A DNA stretch of 64,000 nt from an uncultured Candidatus Rokubacteria bacterium (GCA_963762145.1 CAVXJS010000021.1:1152001-1216000), one strand, 5' to 3'. Counted from the first letter of the stretch, positions 22,696 through 34,469 are shown. Notes: generated from the letters alone by a model not told the origin. Numbers and translations are program-made.

Positions 22696-25326
22696 TCAAT
22701 CCTTTCGCGACGTTGTCGTCGATGGCGGCCCGGCCTGGGCCGCGGCGGTGGGGTCCCCGAGCCTCATTGTGGTGAAGCGGCCCCAGGCCTTGACGGCCTC
22801 CAGCAGGGCCACGGGCCACAGCACGCCCAGCGCCAGAACGAGCCAGTCGGCGCCGGTGAGGGACTTGGTGCCGAGCAGGCGGGCCAGTGGCGCCCATGTG
22901 ATCGCGAGCCACTGGAGCGCGAAGAGGGCCGCCAGCGACAGCGGGATCCATGGATTGGGCCGAAGCTGCCACCAGTTGAGCCGCTCCGACCGACAGCTCA
23001 TGGCCTGGAACGGATGGATCAGCACCAGCGCCATGAAGGCCATGGTGCTGGCCGACGCCCCTGGACCATCCCGCCAGACCGTCCAGAAATAGATGCTGAG
23101 CACCCCGGCCGCCAGCAGTGCGCCCTCGCCAAGGATGCGCGCGCCTGACTGCCAAGTGACCAGCGCCTCGGCGGGATCGCGAGGGCGGCGCCGCATGGCA
23201 TCGTCGTCCGCCGGATCCCGGATCAGGGCGGTCGCGGGCAGGATGTCGGTGACCAGGTTCACCCAGAGGATCTGCAGGGGCAGGAGCGGCGTGGGATAGC
23301 CGAGCAGGATGGCCACGAAGATGGTGAGGATCTCGGAGAGATTGCATGAGAAGAGGAAGCGGATGACCTTCCGGAGATTGGCGTAGATCACGCGGCCTTC
23401 CCGCACCGCCTCGACGATGGTCGCGAAGTTGTCGTCGAGAAGCACCAGATCGGCCGACTCTCGTGCCACGTCGGTGCCGCGCCGGCCCATCGCCACCCCG
23501 ATATCCGCGCGGACGAGCGCCGGCGCATCGTTGACGCCGTCCCCGGTCATGGCCACGATCTCACCCCGAGCCTGCAGCTCAGCCACCAGCTCGAGCTTGC
23601 CCTCCGGACTGACCCGGCTCCGGATCGCCTCCGGCTCGAGGCCGAGCTGACGCCCCACCGTCAGGGCAGTGAGCTCCTGGTCGCCGGTGAGCATGATTGT
23701 TCGGATGCCGGCCTCTCGACAGGCCGCGATGGCGTCCGCCACCCCCGAACGCACCGGATCCACGAATCCGACGAGGCCGAGGAACGTGAGCTCCTCCACG
23801 GTCGCGTCCTCGATCGACGGGACCGAGCGCCACGCGAACGCAAGCACGCGAAAGCCCTCGCGAGCCAGGTCCCGGTTTTCCTCGAGCAGGCGAACCCGAT
23901 CCTCGTCGGTCAGCGCGACCGGGCCCGCGGCCGTGTGATAACGCGTTACCCGCTCCACGATCACGCCGGGGGCGCCCTTGGCCAGGAGCACCGGCCCGGC
24001 GCCCGGCATCACATGGAAGGTCGCCATCATACGCGTCGCCGGGTCGAACGGGATCTCGCGGTGACGGGGCCAGGCCCGTGCCAGGTCGGCCGGATCGAGC
24101 CCAGCCTTGCCCGCTGCCACCAGCAGGGCCGACTCGGTCGGATCGCCAAGGAGATGAAGCCCGTCGGGCGCGGCCCGGAGGCTCGCGTCGTTGCACAACG
24201 CCGCCGCGGTGAGCAGCAGCGCGAGATGCGGATCGCCGAGCGGGGTGACGACGCGGCCGGCTTCGTCCGCGAAGCTTCCCGCGGTCGAGCGTCCGCCCCC
24301 GCTCACCGTGATTCGACGCCCGCCGAACCGGAGCGCGGTCACCGTCATCTGGTTCTCGGTCATGGTGCCGGTCTTGTCCGCGCAGATCACGGTGGCCGAT
24401 CCCAGCGTCTCCACCGCGGCCAGCCGACGGACGAGTGCGCCGCGGCGCGCGAGGCGCCAGAGGCCGGTGGCGAGCGCGAGCGAGACCACCGCCGGCAGCC
24501 CCTCGGGCACGGCGGCGACGGCCAGGCTTATCGCGGTCTCGAGCATCAACCCCACCGGCTCCCCGTGCAGGATGCCGGCCATGCCCACGACCGCGCAGAT
24601 CCCGACCGCCAGCACGATCAGTCGCCGGCCCAGTGACTCCACCTGACCCTCGAGCGGCGTCGCACGCGAGCCGGCGGACGCCACCAGCCGACCGATCCGC
24701 CCGAGCTCCGTTGCGGGCCCGGTGGCGGTAACGAGGGCGACCGCGCTGCCGGACAGGATCGTGGTGCCGAGGTAGAGCATGTTCGCGCGCTCGGCCAGCG
24801 GGGTATCGGGCCCCGACGGCGCGGCGGCGTCCTTCCAGACGGCCGCGCTCTCGCCGGTCAGAGTGGATTCGTTCACCTGCAAGGCCGCGGCCCGCAGCAG
24901 CCGTGCGTCCGCGGGCACCGCCGTCCCGGCATCCAGGATGAGCACATCCCCGGGCACGAGCTCCGCGGTAGCGATCCGGGTCACGTACCCGTCGCGCCGG
25001 ACCACCGCCTGAGACACCACGAGCGCGCGCAGCCTGGCCAGCGACAGCCGGGCGCGCCACTCGGAGCCGAAGCCGATGGCCGCGTTCAGCACGAGCGCGA
25101 CGAGGATCGCCACGGCCTCGGCCCGTTCGCCCAGCGCCCACGCGATGCCGGAGGCGGCGAGCAGCAGCAGGACCACGAGGCTCCGGAACTGGCCGAGTGC
25201 CAGCTGCCACAGCGGCACCTCGGCCTGTTCGGCGACACGATTGGGGCCGAGCTCGCGAAGACGGCGCCGGGCCTCGAGCGTCGTGAGTCCTGCTTCGGCG
25301 GCGGGGGCCGTCGCGGTGTCGCTCAC
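22696..25326 (-). CDS. P2A-type cation-transporting ATPase (CtpF-like)
   Basis: LTGES, VPEGLP, DKTGT, KGAP, TGDGVNDAPAL, LWVNLVTD. Confidence 0.95.
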   Translation of the reverse strand: MSDTATAPAAEAGLTTLEARRRLRELGPNRVAEQAEVPLWQLALGQFRSLVVLLLLAASGIAWALGERAEAVAILVALVLNAAIGFGSEWRARLSLARLRALVVSQAVVRRDGYVTRIATAELVPGDVLILDAGTAVPADARLLRAAALQVNESTLTGESAAVWKDAAAPSGPDTPLAERANMLYLGTTILSGSAVALVTATGPATELGRIGRLVASAGSRATPLEGQVESLGRRLIVLAVGICAVVGMAGILHGEPVGLMLETAISLAVAAVPEGLPAVVSLALATGLWRLARRGALVRRLAAVETLGSATVICADKTGTMTENQMTVTALRFGGRRITVSGGGRSTAGSFADEAGRVVTPLGDPHLALLLTAAALCNDASLRAAPDGLHLLGDPTESALLVAAGKAGLDPADLARAWPRHREIPFDPATRMMATFHVMPGAGPVLLAKGAPGVIVERVTRYHTAAGPVALTDEDRVRLLEENRDLAREGFRVLAFAWRSVPSIEDATVEELTFLGLVGFVDPVRSGVADAIAACREAGIRTIMLTGDQELTALTVGRQLGLEPEAIRSRVSPEGKLELVAELQARGEIVAMTGDGVNDAPALVRADIGVAMGRRGTDVARESADLVLLDDNFATIVEAVREGRVIYANLRKVIRFLFSCNLSEILTIFVAILLGYPTPLLPLQILWVNLVTDILPATALIRDPADDDAMRRRPRDPAEALVTWQSGARILGEGALLAAGVLSIYFWTVWRDGPGASASTMAFMALVLIHPFQAMSCRSERLNWWQLRPNPWIPLSLAALFALQWLAITWAPLARLLGTKSLTGADWLVLALGVLWPVALLEAVKAWGRFTTMRLGDPTAAAQAGPPSTTTSRKD
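22750..22784. promoter_or_regulatory. Tandem putative UAS inside 3' tail of ATPase gene
   Basis: GGGG-TCCCCGAG-CCTC-ATT-GTGG-TGAAGCGG-CCCC. Confidence 0.55.
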
Positions 25327-25355
25327 CGGCGCGACCCGCTACAATGGGCGCGCCG

Positions 25356-25919
25356 ATGGCGGTTTACCCGAATGAGCTCGAGCGCGAGGTCACCTTGCCG
25401 GACGGATCGCGGCTGCACCTGCGTCCGATCCGCCCCGAGGACCAGAATCGGCTGAGCGCGTTCTATGACGGCCTGAGCCGTCATACCGCCTACCAGCGCT
25501 TCTTCGCGGTGATGAAACGCCTCCCGCCGGACTGGGCACACTTCCTCGCCAACGTGGACTACGACCGCCGGCTCGCCCTGCTCGCCGAGCACGGCCTCCC
25601 GGAGGCCCCCGAGCTGGTCGGGGTAGCCCGCTACGAGCCCACCGACCACGCGGACACCGCCGAAATCGCCTTCGTGATCCAGGACGGCTGGCAGAATCGC
25701 GGCCTCGGCACCCTCATGCTCGACGCGCTGCTCGCCGCGGCCGAGGCGCGCGGGATCCGGCGTTTCCGCGCGTACGTGCTGGCCGGCAACGCGCGCATGA
25801 TCGACCTGCTCGTGCGCTTCACGGACATCCAGGAGCGCGTCACGCAGAGCGGCGTCACCGAGCTGCTGCTGACGCGGCGCCCCGTTCCGGCGCCGCGTCA
25901 GGGCGGCAGAACGCCGTAG
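25356..25919 (+). CDS. GNAT acetyltransferase (Pat/acyl-CoA synthetase-associated type)
   Basis: L.DG..L.LRPIRPED, Y.RFF, AEIAFVI.D.WQ.RGLG, A.VLA.N. Confidence 0.88.
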   Translation: MAVYPNELEREVTLPDGSRLHLRPIRPEDQNRLSAFYDGLSRHTAYQRFFAVMKRLPPDWAHFLANVDYDRRLALLAEHGLPEAPELVGVARYEPTDHADTAEIAFVIQDGWQNRGLGTLMLDALLAAAEARGIRRFRAYVLAGNARMIDLLVRFTDIQERVTQSGVTELLLTRRPVPAPRQGGRTP

Positions 25920-25963
25920 AGATACCGGGCCAGCCGGGCTCAACAAGCCCCGGCCAGACACCG

Positions 25964-26422
25964 TCATGGGTACGAGACGATGACCTCCGCGCACTCCGGG
26001 ACGGTCGTCGCCTCGGGCGTGCCGAGCCGGCGGAGGATGTCGATTTCCGTGAGAATGCCGACCATCCGGCCATTCTCCATGGCTGGCAGGCACCCCACCC
26101 GGTGCTTCCGCATGATGTCCGCGGCCGCGCCGACGGTCGCACCAGCCTCGACCGTCACCACGTCGGTGGACATGATCTCCGCGACACGCACCCCGTCGAG
26201 GAGGACGTCCACCGGCGTCAAGCTCAGCACCTCGAATACTCGTGGGGTGAACAGGTGGTGACGTAGATCACGATCTGTGACGATTCCGACCAGCAGCCCG
26301 TCCCGGTTCACCACCGGAAGGTGCCGGACGCGAGCCCGCTGCATGCGCACGACCGCGTCCAGGCACGATTCCCGCGGCCCTATCGTCACCAGCTCGCGGC
26401 TCATCATCTCTTTGACCTGCAT
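25964..26422 (-). CDS. CBS domain protein
   Basis: VRHLPVV, GIVTDRD, GCLP, GILTE.D. Confidence 0.9.
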   Translation of the reverse strand: MQVKEMMSRELVTIGPRESCLDAVVRMQRARVRHLPVVNRDGLLVGIVTDRDLRHHLFTPRVFEVLSLTPVDVLLDGVRVAEIMSTDVVTVEAGATVGAAADIMRKHRVGCLPAMENGRMVGILTEIDILRRLGTPEATTVPECAEVIVSYP

Positions 26423-26439
26423 GGCAGCCTCCTGCCGGC

Positions 26440-26532
26440 TCAGCGCCGGGTTCTCCACCAGACGAGCAGCGCGCCCAGCAGGACGACGACGCCGAGCGCA
26501 ATGACCCAGGTGTCACGAATTGGCTCGATCAC
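26440..26532 (-). CDS. 30-aa single-TM microprotein
   Basis: MIEPIRDTWVIALGVVVLLGALLVWWRTRR; GTG overlaps TGA of upstream response regulator. Confidence 0.55.
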   Translation of the reverse strand: MIEPIRDTWVIALGVVVLLGALLVWWRTRR

Positions 26533-26909
26533 GGCGCCCGGGTCCCCGCCCCATCGACGATGGAGCGGATCGCCGCCAGCAGCACCGAGGCCGCGAAGGG
26601 CTTGGCGAGAAACGCGGTGGCACCGGCCGCAAGGGCCGCCCGCCGGGTCTCATCGGACGGATAGCCGGTGACCACCAGGACCGGCACCGGATCGCGCGCG
26701 GCGCAGGCGGCCCGAACCACGTCGAGGCCGTCGCCGTCCGGCAGCCGGAGATCCGAGATGACGAGATGGGGTGGCTCGACCGCCAATGCCGCCAGGCCTG
26801 CGTCGCGGGACGTGGCCGTGACCACTTCATAACCCTGGCGCCCGAGCAGCCGCTCGTAGGTGGTCAGAAAATCGGCCTCATCGTCGACCACCAGCACGCG
26901 CCGGCGCAT
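26529..26909 (-). CDS. Single-domain response regulator (REC)
   Basis: VLVVDDE, ISDL.LPDGDG, VTG, FLAKPF. Confidence 0.92.
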   Translation of the reverse strand: MRRRVLVVDDEADFLTTYERLLGRQGYEVVTATSRDAGLAALAVEPPHLVISDLRLPDGDGLDVVRAACAARDPVPVLVVTGYPSDETRRAALAAGATAFLAKPFAASVLLAAIRSIVDGAGTRAP

Positions 26910-26914
26910 GGGGT

Positions 26915-28024
26915 TCACGTCGGGATCGTCCGGCCGGCCAGATGCCGGATCATCGAGAGCACCCGCTCCGCGGCGGCGTGCGTGTCGTACACGTCGGTCC
27001 GGATGGCCAGATCGGGCCGCGTCGCCTCTTCGTAATCGAGGACGATGTCGGGGTTGGCGGAGGCCGGACCCGTCGGCTCGAATGTCAGGCCCCAGCGGAC
27101 GGCGCGCTCCCGCTCGAGGCACACCTCGGTCGGGCACAGGAGCTGGATCTCCGCGAAGCAGGGAATCAGGGCGCGGGCCGCTTCGCGCCAGACCCGCCGC
27201 GGAGCCGTCGCGTCCACGATGACCGACACCCCGGCATCGGTCAGGAGCTTGGCGGTGTAAGCGAGCGCGCGGTAGACAAGATCCTGCTCGGCCTCGTCCC
27301 CCGTCACGGCGCCGAGCAGGACGCGCTGCACCGGGCCCAGCTCCAGCAGGCGGACGCGGGCGCCCCGCTCGCGCAGCGCGTCGGCCACCCGCGCGGCGAG
27401 CGTGCTCTTACCGCTGCCTGGCCGCCCGGTGATCCAGATCGCCCAGCTCGGTTCTCGCTCCGCGGCCCGAGCGGAGGCGCCGCCGCTGGCACGGACGAGC
27501 CGGTCGGCCAGGCGCACGACCTGGGCCACGGACTCTCCGACCGTGTGCACGCTGGTGTCGATCAGGAGTTCGGGAGCCAGGGCGGATTCGTAGGCCACGT
27601 CCACTCCCGGCACGGTCGCGCCGGGGCGTCCGGCTTGCTGGTAGATGTTCCGGGGGGCGTGCCCCGGGGCCCGCTCTCGCTCGCGCTCCTGGCAGATCGC
27701 GAGTGGGCAGACGAGCTGCACCTCCGCGAAGTGTGGCACCGCGTCGCGCACGAGGTCACGCCAGACTCGCCGGTGGGCGGTCGCGTCGACGAGGACCGGC
27801 GTGCCGGTCTCGACGAGGAGCGCGGCCATGTAGCCCAGAGCCCGGTAGACGACCTCGCGCTCGCGATCCGTGTATCGCGGAGCGGGGGTGATGCTCTCGC
27901 GGATCTCATCGAGCTCGAGGCGCACGACCGGCCGCCCGAGCGCGCGAAGCTCCGCCTCCACCCCCCGGGCGATCGCCGACTTCCCGCTGCCCGGAGGACC
28001 CGTGATCCAGATGGCCCAGCTCAT
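26915..28024 (-). CDS. Tandem adenylyl-sulfate-kinase-like P-loop kinase
   Basis: Two repeats of SWAIWITG.PGSGKS ... VDATA.RRVWR ... FAE.QL.CP. Confidence 0.85.
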   Translation of the reverse strand: MSWAIWITGPPGSGKSAIARGVEAELRALGRPVVRLELDEIRESITPAPRYTDREREVVYRALGYMAALLVETGTPVLVDATAHRRVWRDLVRDAVPHFAEVQLVCPLAICQERERERAPGHAPRNIYQQAGRPGATVPGVDVAYESALAPELLIDTSVHTVGESVAQVVRLADRLVRASGGASARAAEREPSWAIWITGRPGSGKSTLAARVADALRERGARVRLLELGPVQRVLLGAVTGDEAEQDLVYRALAYTAKLLTDAGVSVIVDATAPRRVWREAARALIPCFAEIQLLCPTEVCLERERAVRWGLTFEPTGPASANPDIVLDYEEATRPDLAIRTDVYDTHAAAERVLSMIRHLAGRTIPT

Positions 28025-29122
28025 GCGACGCCGCCGAGCAGCTCCGGCACGCAGTCCGGAGTGAGGGCGCCGCCAGCCATCACGGACCGCGCGAATCCGA
28101 ACAGCGCTTCGCGAGTCCCGCGGGCCAGCGCGGGGTACCAGCGCGGATGCCCGATGACCAGCGCGCGGAAGGCGAAAAACGGGGGTATCACCTCGAACAG
28201 CTCCTGGTCGTTCGACACGTCGGCGTACTCGTCGAGGAACGCGCGGAAGAGCGTGACGAACGGCTCGGCCACTCCGCGGCGGGTCTCGAGGGCGGCTCTT
28301 CCGGAGCCCGAAGAAAAGATAGTTGATCGCGAGCGCGCTCACGTCGTCGGCCGGCTCGCCCCACTCCCCCCGGCTCCGGTCCAGCGCCGTGAACTCGGTT
28401 CCCTCGCCGAACAGGAGGTTCCACGGGTGAAAATCGCCATGCACGCAGGCCAGCCGATGGGCCCGGCCGCGCAGACGCCAGCGCCAGGAGACCGCGTCGT
28501 GCTCGAGGGCCTCGCAAACGTCCGGCGGCAGCAGCGCATAGGGATGGGGGTAGCTATCGAGGATCCCCATCAGACACTCGCCGTGCCCCACCAGCTCCCG
28601 AATCCGGCGCTCGTATAGGGTGGGTTCGTCCCGCCGGGTGGCGTGGGCGCGCGCGAGAAAGGTGCCGAGGGTCCGCGCCCGGGCGACGTCGAGGGGCCGC
28701 ACCGGCTCCCTCAGGAGGCGATCGAGATCGAGCCAGTAGAGCGCGCCTTCCGCCTTCTCCACGAGCTGGAAGAACTCGGTGGCGTCGCCGACCGAGACCA
28801 TCGCGCCCGACTTCCTCACGAACCCGACGTCCAGACTGCGGACGTGCGCGGGGAAGGTATTGTAGGCGCGGTGGCCGTAGAGCGCCTGCCACGCGCGATC
28901 CTCCGGGTAGTCATGACCGAAGCCCTGCGCGGCCCGGGTGCGCGCCACTACCAGGCTCCGGACGGCGCCGCTCACCACGCATTCCACCTCGAACGGCACC
29001 CCGTACCCGAAACCCTTCGGATCCCGCCCCTCCGCATCGGGCCCGCCCAGCGGACGCAGGCCAAGGATCTCCACCGGCCCTGCGAAGACGGAGGCCAGAT
29101 ACGCGGAGAGGGCGGCTTCCAC
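28021..29122 (-). CDS. Aminoglycoside phosphotransferase-like kinase (frameshift near 28280)
   Basis: KGFGYG.P, VHGDFHPWN, LDRSRGEWGEPADD; C-terminus in ORF 28021-28272. Confidence 0.82.
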
Positions 29123-29126
29123 GCGG

Positions 29127-29573
29127 CTACTTTCCCCTGACGGTGAGGACCGGACAGGGCGACACGGCCAGGACCCGGCTCGCGACGCTTCCGAGGAAGA
29201 GTTTCGCAAAGCCCGTCCGTCCATGCGTGCCGATGACAACCATGTCGGCCTTCCTGGATCGGGCGGTCTGGGCGATGCGCTCGTGCGGCACGCCTTCGAG
29301 CAGCAGCCCCTTGACGCGGACACCCGCCTGCTTGGCCTTCCCGATCAGCGCGGTGAGGTGCTTCTGTCCGTCGGCGCGTGTGGCGTTCGCCATGTCCTCA
29401 TAGACCTGCGGCGAGAGGTAGCCGTCGGCCATCATGGGGATGGCGGGGGTCAGGACGTGGACGAGCAGCAACTCGGCGCGGTTGCCCTTGGCCATCTCCA
29501 CCGCGCGCTTGTAGGCGGCCGACGAGGCCTTGGAGAAGTCCGTGGGGTGCAGGATGCGTCGGATGCGGCTCAT
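29127..29573 (-). CDS. Universal stress protein
   Basis: [28 protein letters not shown]. Confidence 0.93.
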   Translation of the reverse strand: MSRIRRILHPTDFSKASSAAYKRAVEMAKGNRAELLLVHVLTPAIPMMADGYLSPQVYEDMANATRADGQKHLTALIGKAKQAGVRVKGLLLEGVPHERIAQTARSRKADMVVIGTHGRTGFAKLFLGSVASRVLAVSPCPVLTVRGK

Positions 29574-30079
29574 CGCAGGGCCTCCGTTCGGGTAGTGGGT
29601 TGAGTTTTCTCGGCCGGCCGCGCTTCCCCCTGACCGGCGGGGGCCTCCACGGGCGCGCTCGAAGGCCGGACCAGGAGGATCGGCACCCGGGTCCCTCGCA
29701 GGACGGATTCCGCGACGCTGCCGAAGATGATCCGCCCGAGTCCGCTACGGCCATGCGTGCTCATCACGATCAGGTCGACCTTCTGGACCTTGGCCGCCTC
29801 GACGACCGCCGGGGCCGCCGGCCCGTACCAGACGTGCGTCTCGACTCCCTTCGCGCCCGTCTTCTCGAGCCGTGCCTTCACCGCGGCCAGGTAGTCCTCC
29901 GCCTCGCGCACCGCCTGGATCTGGGCGCCGATCACATCGGCCCCGGGCAGGATTCGCGCATCGGCGGCCCGAATCAGGATGAGGGACGAGCCGGCCTGCG
30001 CCATCTCCCGCGCCGGGGCGATTGCGGCCTCGGCCATCTCCGAACCATCGAGCGGAACCAGGATCTTGTTGGCTTTCAT
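29570..30079 (-). CDS. Universal stress protein
   Basis: ILVPLDGS, MSTHGRSG...GSVAE.VLR. Confidence 0.93.
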   Translation of the reverse strand: MKANKILVPLDGSEMAEAAIAPAREMAQAGSSLILIRAADARILPGADVIGAQIQAVREAEDYLAAVKARLEKTGAKGVETHVWYGPAAPAVVEAAKVQKVDLIVMSTHGRSGLGRIIFGSVAESVLRGTRVPILLVRPSSAPVEAPAGQGEARPAEKTQPTTRTEALR

Positions 30080-30103
30080 CGTGTCCTCCTTGGCACGGGG
30101 AAT

Positions 30104-30119
30104 AGCAACGGCGGTGCCA
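30104..30119 (-). promoter_or_regulatory. sigma54 promoter of usp-usp-aph-kinase-REC-CBS operon
   Basis: TGGCACCGCCGTTGCT; IHF-like AACCAGAGGGTTG 30137-30149. Confidence 0.85.
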
Positions 30120-30172
30120 CCGGAGAAAAACAAGAAAACCAGAGGGTTGCAGCGTCGGGCACACCGATAGTT

Positions 30173-30207
30173 GAGGCAGCGCCTCCCCGCTGGGGCAACG
30201 GCGCCCC
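30173..30207. promoter_or_regulatory. Tandem putative UAS
   Basis: GAGG-CAGCGCCT-CCCC-GCT-GGGG-CAACGGCG-CCCC. Confidence 0.7.
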
Positions 30208-30214
30208 GGTGCGG

Positions 30215-31615
<1,401 letters not shown>

Positions 31616-31713
31616 CTGGCTCCCGGAATCATCGCCGAGAACCCTATTCAGATCAAATCCCCTAGAATGCCGCGCTGATGCGGTCGCGCACATCCGGCAG
31701 CCACGCACTCGGC

Positions 31714-31750
31714 GGGGCGCGGCCGCCCCGAACCGAGGTTGCTATGCCCC
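31714..31750. promoter_or_regulatory. Tandem putative UAS
   Basis: GGGG-CGCGGCCG-CCCC-GAACC-GAGG-TTGCTATG-CCCC. Confidence 0.65.
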
Positions 31751-31800
31751 ACCGGGCTCACAAGTCCTGTCCAATACCCTGATTTTGCTCTCGTGTATTC

Positions 31801-31816
31801 CGGCACGCTCGGTGCA
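31801..31816 (+). promoter_or_regulatory. sigma54 promoter
   Basis: CGGCACGCTCGGTGCA; IHF-like AATCAGGGTATTG on minus strand 31772-31784. Confidence 0.65.
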
Positions 31817-31864
31817 CGGGTCCGGCCCGGCTGCACACAACCACGGCCTTACAGGAGAAACCAC

Positions 31865-32113
31865 ATGAGTATCCCGATCTCGGATCCACCGCGGCACACG
31901 CCGAGGCCTGTTGCGGTATGGATCCTAGGCGTCCTCAGTGCCCTGCACGCGGCGGGAGCGTTCATCTTCGTGACGGCGGCCCGAACTCCAGCCAATGAGC
32001 TCGAAGGATTCGTGATGGGTTTAACCGCGTCGGTGCTCATGGTGGGCGCAATCGTTTCCTACAGCCTGGTCCGTCTCCGGGCTGAAATCCGGAATTCACC
32101 GCCGCGCCGGTGA
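31865..32113 (+). CDS. Small two-TM hypothetical membrane protein
   Basis: AGGAG RBS; two hydrophobic segments; stop overlaps next GTG. Confidence 0.6.
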   Translation: MSIPISDPPRHTPRPVAVWILGVLSALHAAGAFIFVTAARTPANELEGFVMGLTASVLMVGAIVSYSLVRLRAEIRNSPPRR

Positions 32114-33471
32114 GACCCGAGCGCTGGACGAGCCGCGCCGGTTTCATCTTCGCCGCAATGGGCTCGGCGATCGGTCTAGGCAGTATCTGGAAGTTTCCGT
32201 ACGAGGTCGGCACAAACGGCGGCGGCGCTTTCGTCGTTTTCTACTTGCTTGGGCTCGGGCTGATCGTCTTCCCACTGATGCTCATCGAGTTCGCGATCGG
32301 ACGGCGCGGCCGTTCCCACGCGGTCGGCAGCATCACCGCGGTCGCGATCTCGAGCGGGGCCTCACGTTTCTGGGCCATCATCGGCGTCGTGGGGGTGGTC
32401 GGTGCGGTCGTCATCCTGAGCTTCTATTCCGTGATCGGCGGCTGGGCGCTCGCCTACGTGGTCGACACGATCCGAGACGGGCTCCCGGGCGCATCGGCCC
32501 GAGTCGTACAGGCCCGCTTCGACGCGGTGCTCGCGTCCCCTCTGCACATGGCCGTCTACCACACGCTCTTCATGGCAGTCACCGCGGTCATAGTCGCCCG
32601 CGGGATCGCGGGCGGGATCGAGCGCGTGTCTCTCTATCTCATGCCGATCCTGATTGTCCTCGTCGTCGTTCTGGCGAGCTACTCCACCATCCAGGGAGAC
32701 ACGTCGGCCGCGCTGCGCTTCCTTTTCGCGTTCGACGTAGAGCGCCTGTCTCCCCGGGTTGCGCTCGAGGCCTTGGGGCTGGGTTTCTTCTCGATCGGCG
32801 TCGGCCTCTCGGTCATGATCACCTATGCGGCCTACGCGGGTACCGAGTTCGATCTGCGGTCCGTGGCGATCGTCACACTTCTGAGCGACACCGCCATCTC
32901 CTTCCTCGCGGGCATGGCGGTGTTCCCGATCGTCTTCGCCGAGCGGCTGGATCCCGCGAGTGGGCCAGGACTGATGTTCGTGACCCTCCCGCTCGCGTTC
33001 GCCCGCATGCCGCTCGGGGAACCAGCCGGGATCGCGTTCTTCGTGTTGCTGACTCTCGCCGCACTGGCCTCTGCTCTTTCACTTCTCGAAATGCCGGTGT
33101 CCCTCGCCCACCGCTGGCTGGGCTGGTCGCGTCCGAGGGCCACCCTCGCCTCGGCGGTCGGTTGCTGGGCGCTCGGCCTTGCCACCGTGCTGTCCTTCAG
33201 CACGTGGTCTGCCTGGTATCCACTGGCGAGAATCCCTGGTCTCGCCACCGCGACCGCGTTCGAGTCCCTGGACTACGTGTCATCCAACGTGCTCTTGCCG
33301 CTTGGGGGCCTCGGCCTCGCAATTTTCGGGGGCTGGATCGTCCAGTCCGATGCGCTCGCCAGGGAGCTTGGACTCGGCCCAGGCGCCCTCCGCGGGCTCA
33401 CACTTGTCCTGCGCTACGTCGCTCCAATCGGAATCCTCGCGGCCAGCGTCGCCCCCTTCGTCCTGCGTTGA
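32110..33471 (+). CDS. NSS (SLC6/LeuT-like) sodium-dependent transporter
   Basis: GSAIGLGSIWKFPY..G.NGGGAF, FFS, GPGL.FVTLP. Confidence 0.93.
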   Translation: MRPERWTSRAGFIFAAMGSAIGLGSIWKFPYEVGTNGGGAFVVFYLLGLGLIVFPLMLIEFAIGRRGRSHAVGSITAVAISSGASRFWAIIGVVGVVGAVVILSFYSVIGGWALAYVVDTIRDGLPGASARVVQARFDAVLASPLHMAVYHTLFMAVTAVIVARGIAGGIERVSLYLMPILIVLVVVLASYSTIQGDTSAALRFLFAFDVERLSPRVALEALGLGFFSIGVGLSVMITYAAYAGTEFDLRSVAIVTLLSDTAISFLAGMAVFPIVFAERLDPASGPGLMFVTLPLAFARMPLGEPAGIAFFVLLTLAALASALSLLEMPVSLAHRWLGWSRPRATLASAVGCWALGLATVLSFSTWSAWYPLARIPGLATATAFESLDYVSSNVLLPLGGLGLAIFGGWIVQSDALARELGLGPGALRGLTLVLRYVAPIGILAASVAPFVLR

Positions 33472-33912
33472 GGCTACCGTGTCCTATCGAGACACATCCC
33501 GCCAGGCGAAGTGAGGCATGGCATTCGAGACGAACAGCTCACGGGTCCCTCGGGCCGCGAATAAGGCGTGTCTACCTGGCACGACTTGTCTCAACACTCC
33601 AGTCGGCGACTCTGTGTGCGTCTCCTAGTGCCTTGTCGTTCCGCGCCTGGCGCTCGAGCGGCGCGGGGGCCGTGACCCTGTCCAGCTCGTTTTGGAAGCG
33701 GGTCTCGAGGCACGCCTCCGCGTTCCGCAGCTCGCCGTCCTTCTCGATCACGTCGGGGCGGCGCCAGTGGACACTTTGGCTCGGACGGGTTCAGACTAGT
33801 GGGTAACTCAGTCAACGAGGGATTGAGCACTCTATTGGCTTAGCTTGGCTTTTTAGGCTGACCAACCCGGGCGACAATGTGCCTCAGCTATCACCCGACA
33901 TGGAGGACCGCC

Positions 33913-34349
33913 ATGGCCGCTACCACCAGAGAAGCGATCCGTGAGTTGCTGCTACAGACCGCTTCCACGATTGAAACACTGCTTCAGGCGTCTGATGGGG
34001 AGCTCTCGATGCCTTCGTCTCATGGGTGCGCTCAAGGGAAGGACGTGTGGACCCTCCTCACGAACGATATCGATCACGAGAAGATACACACCGGGCGGGT
34101 TCTCGAATGTCGCTACGAGTCGAGGATCACGGCATCTCCGATGGAGCGCCTCGTGGCGGAGTGGCTCGTTGAGCGCGCGCGGTTTGTTGGATCACTGGTC
34201 GGACTAACCGATGAGCAGTTCAACAGCGAGAGCACGCCGGGGAGTGGACGTATCGAGTCATTGCCAAGCACGTTCTGGCCTTGGAGCAAGACTCACTCAA
34301 GACGATGGCTGCGGACCAAGCGGTGAGAGCGACGCCGCCGGTGCGTTAG
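33913..34349 (+). CDS. DinB-like hypothetical protein (frameshift near 34240)
   Basis: GGAGG RBS; DHE..H motif; C-terminus EWTYRVIAKHVL in shifted frame. Confidence 0.55.
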
Positions 34350-34431
34350 GCAACGGGTTCCGCTACACCGGCTAACCCGCGAGGGCTTCCAGACCCTACA
34401 GCGACTCCCAAGCCAGGGCTGGCAAATCCGC

Positions 34432-34463
34432 TTGACCTTGCCCCATGGGACAGGGTTTAGGCT
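34432..34463 (+). promoter_or_regulatory. MerR-type promoter/operator (20-bp spacer)
   Basis: TTGACC-N20-TAGGCT with dyad ACCTTGCCCCATGGGACAGGGT. Confidence 0.75.
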
Positions 34464-34469
34464 GCTCCC

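Noticed and set aside
26915-29323. 802-aa APH-kinase fusion
   Set aside because: Produced by a frameshift near 28280; the APH C-terminus is in another frame and ends in an ATGA overlap
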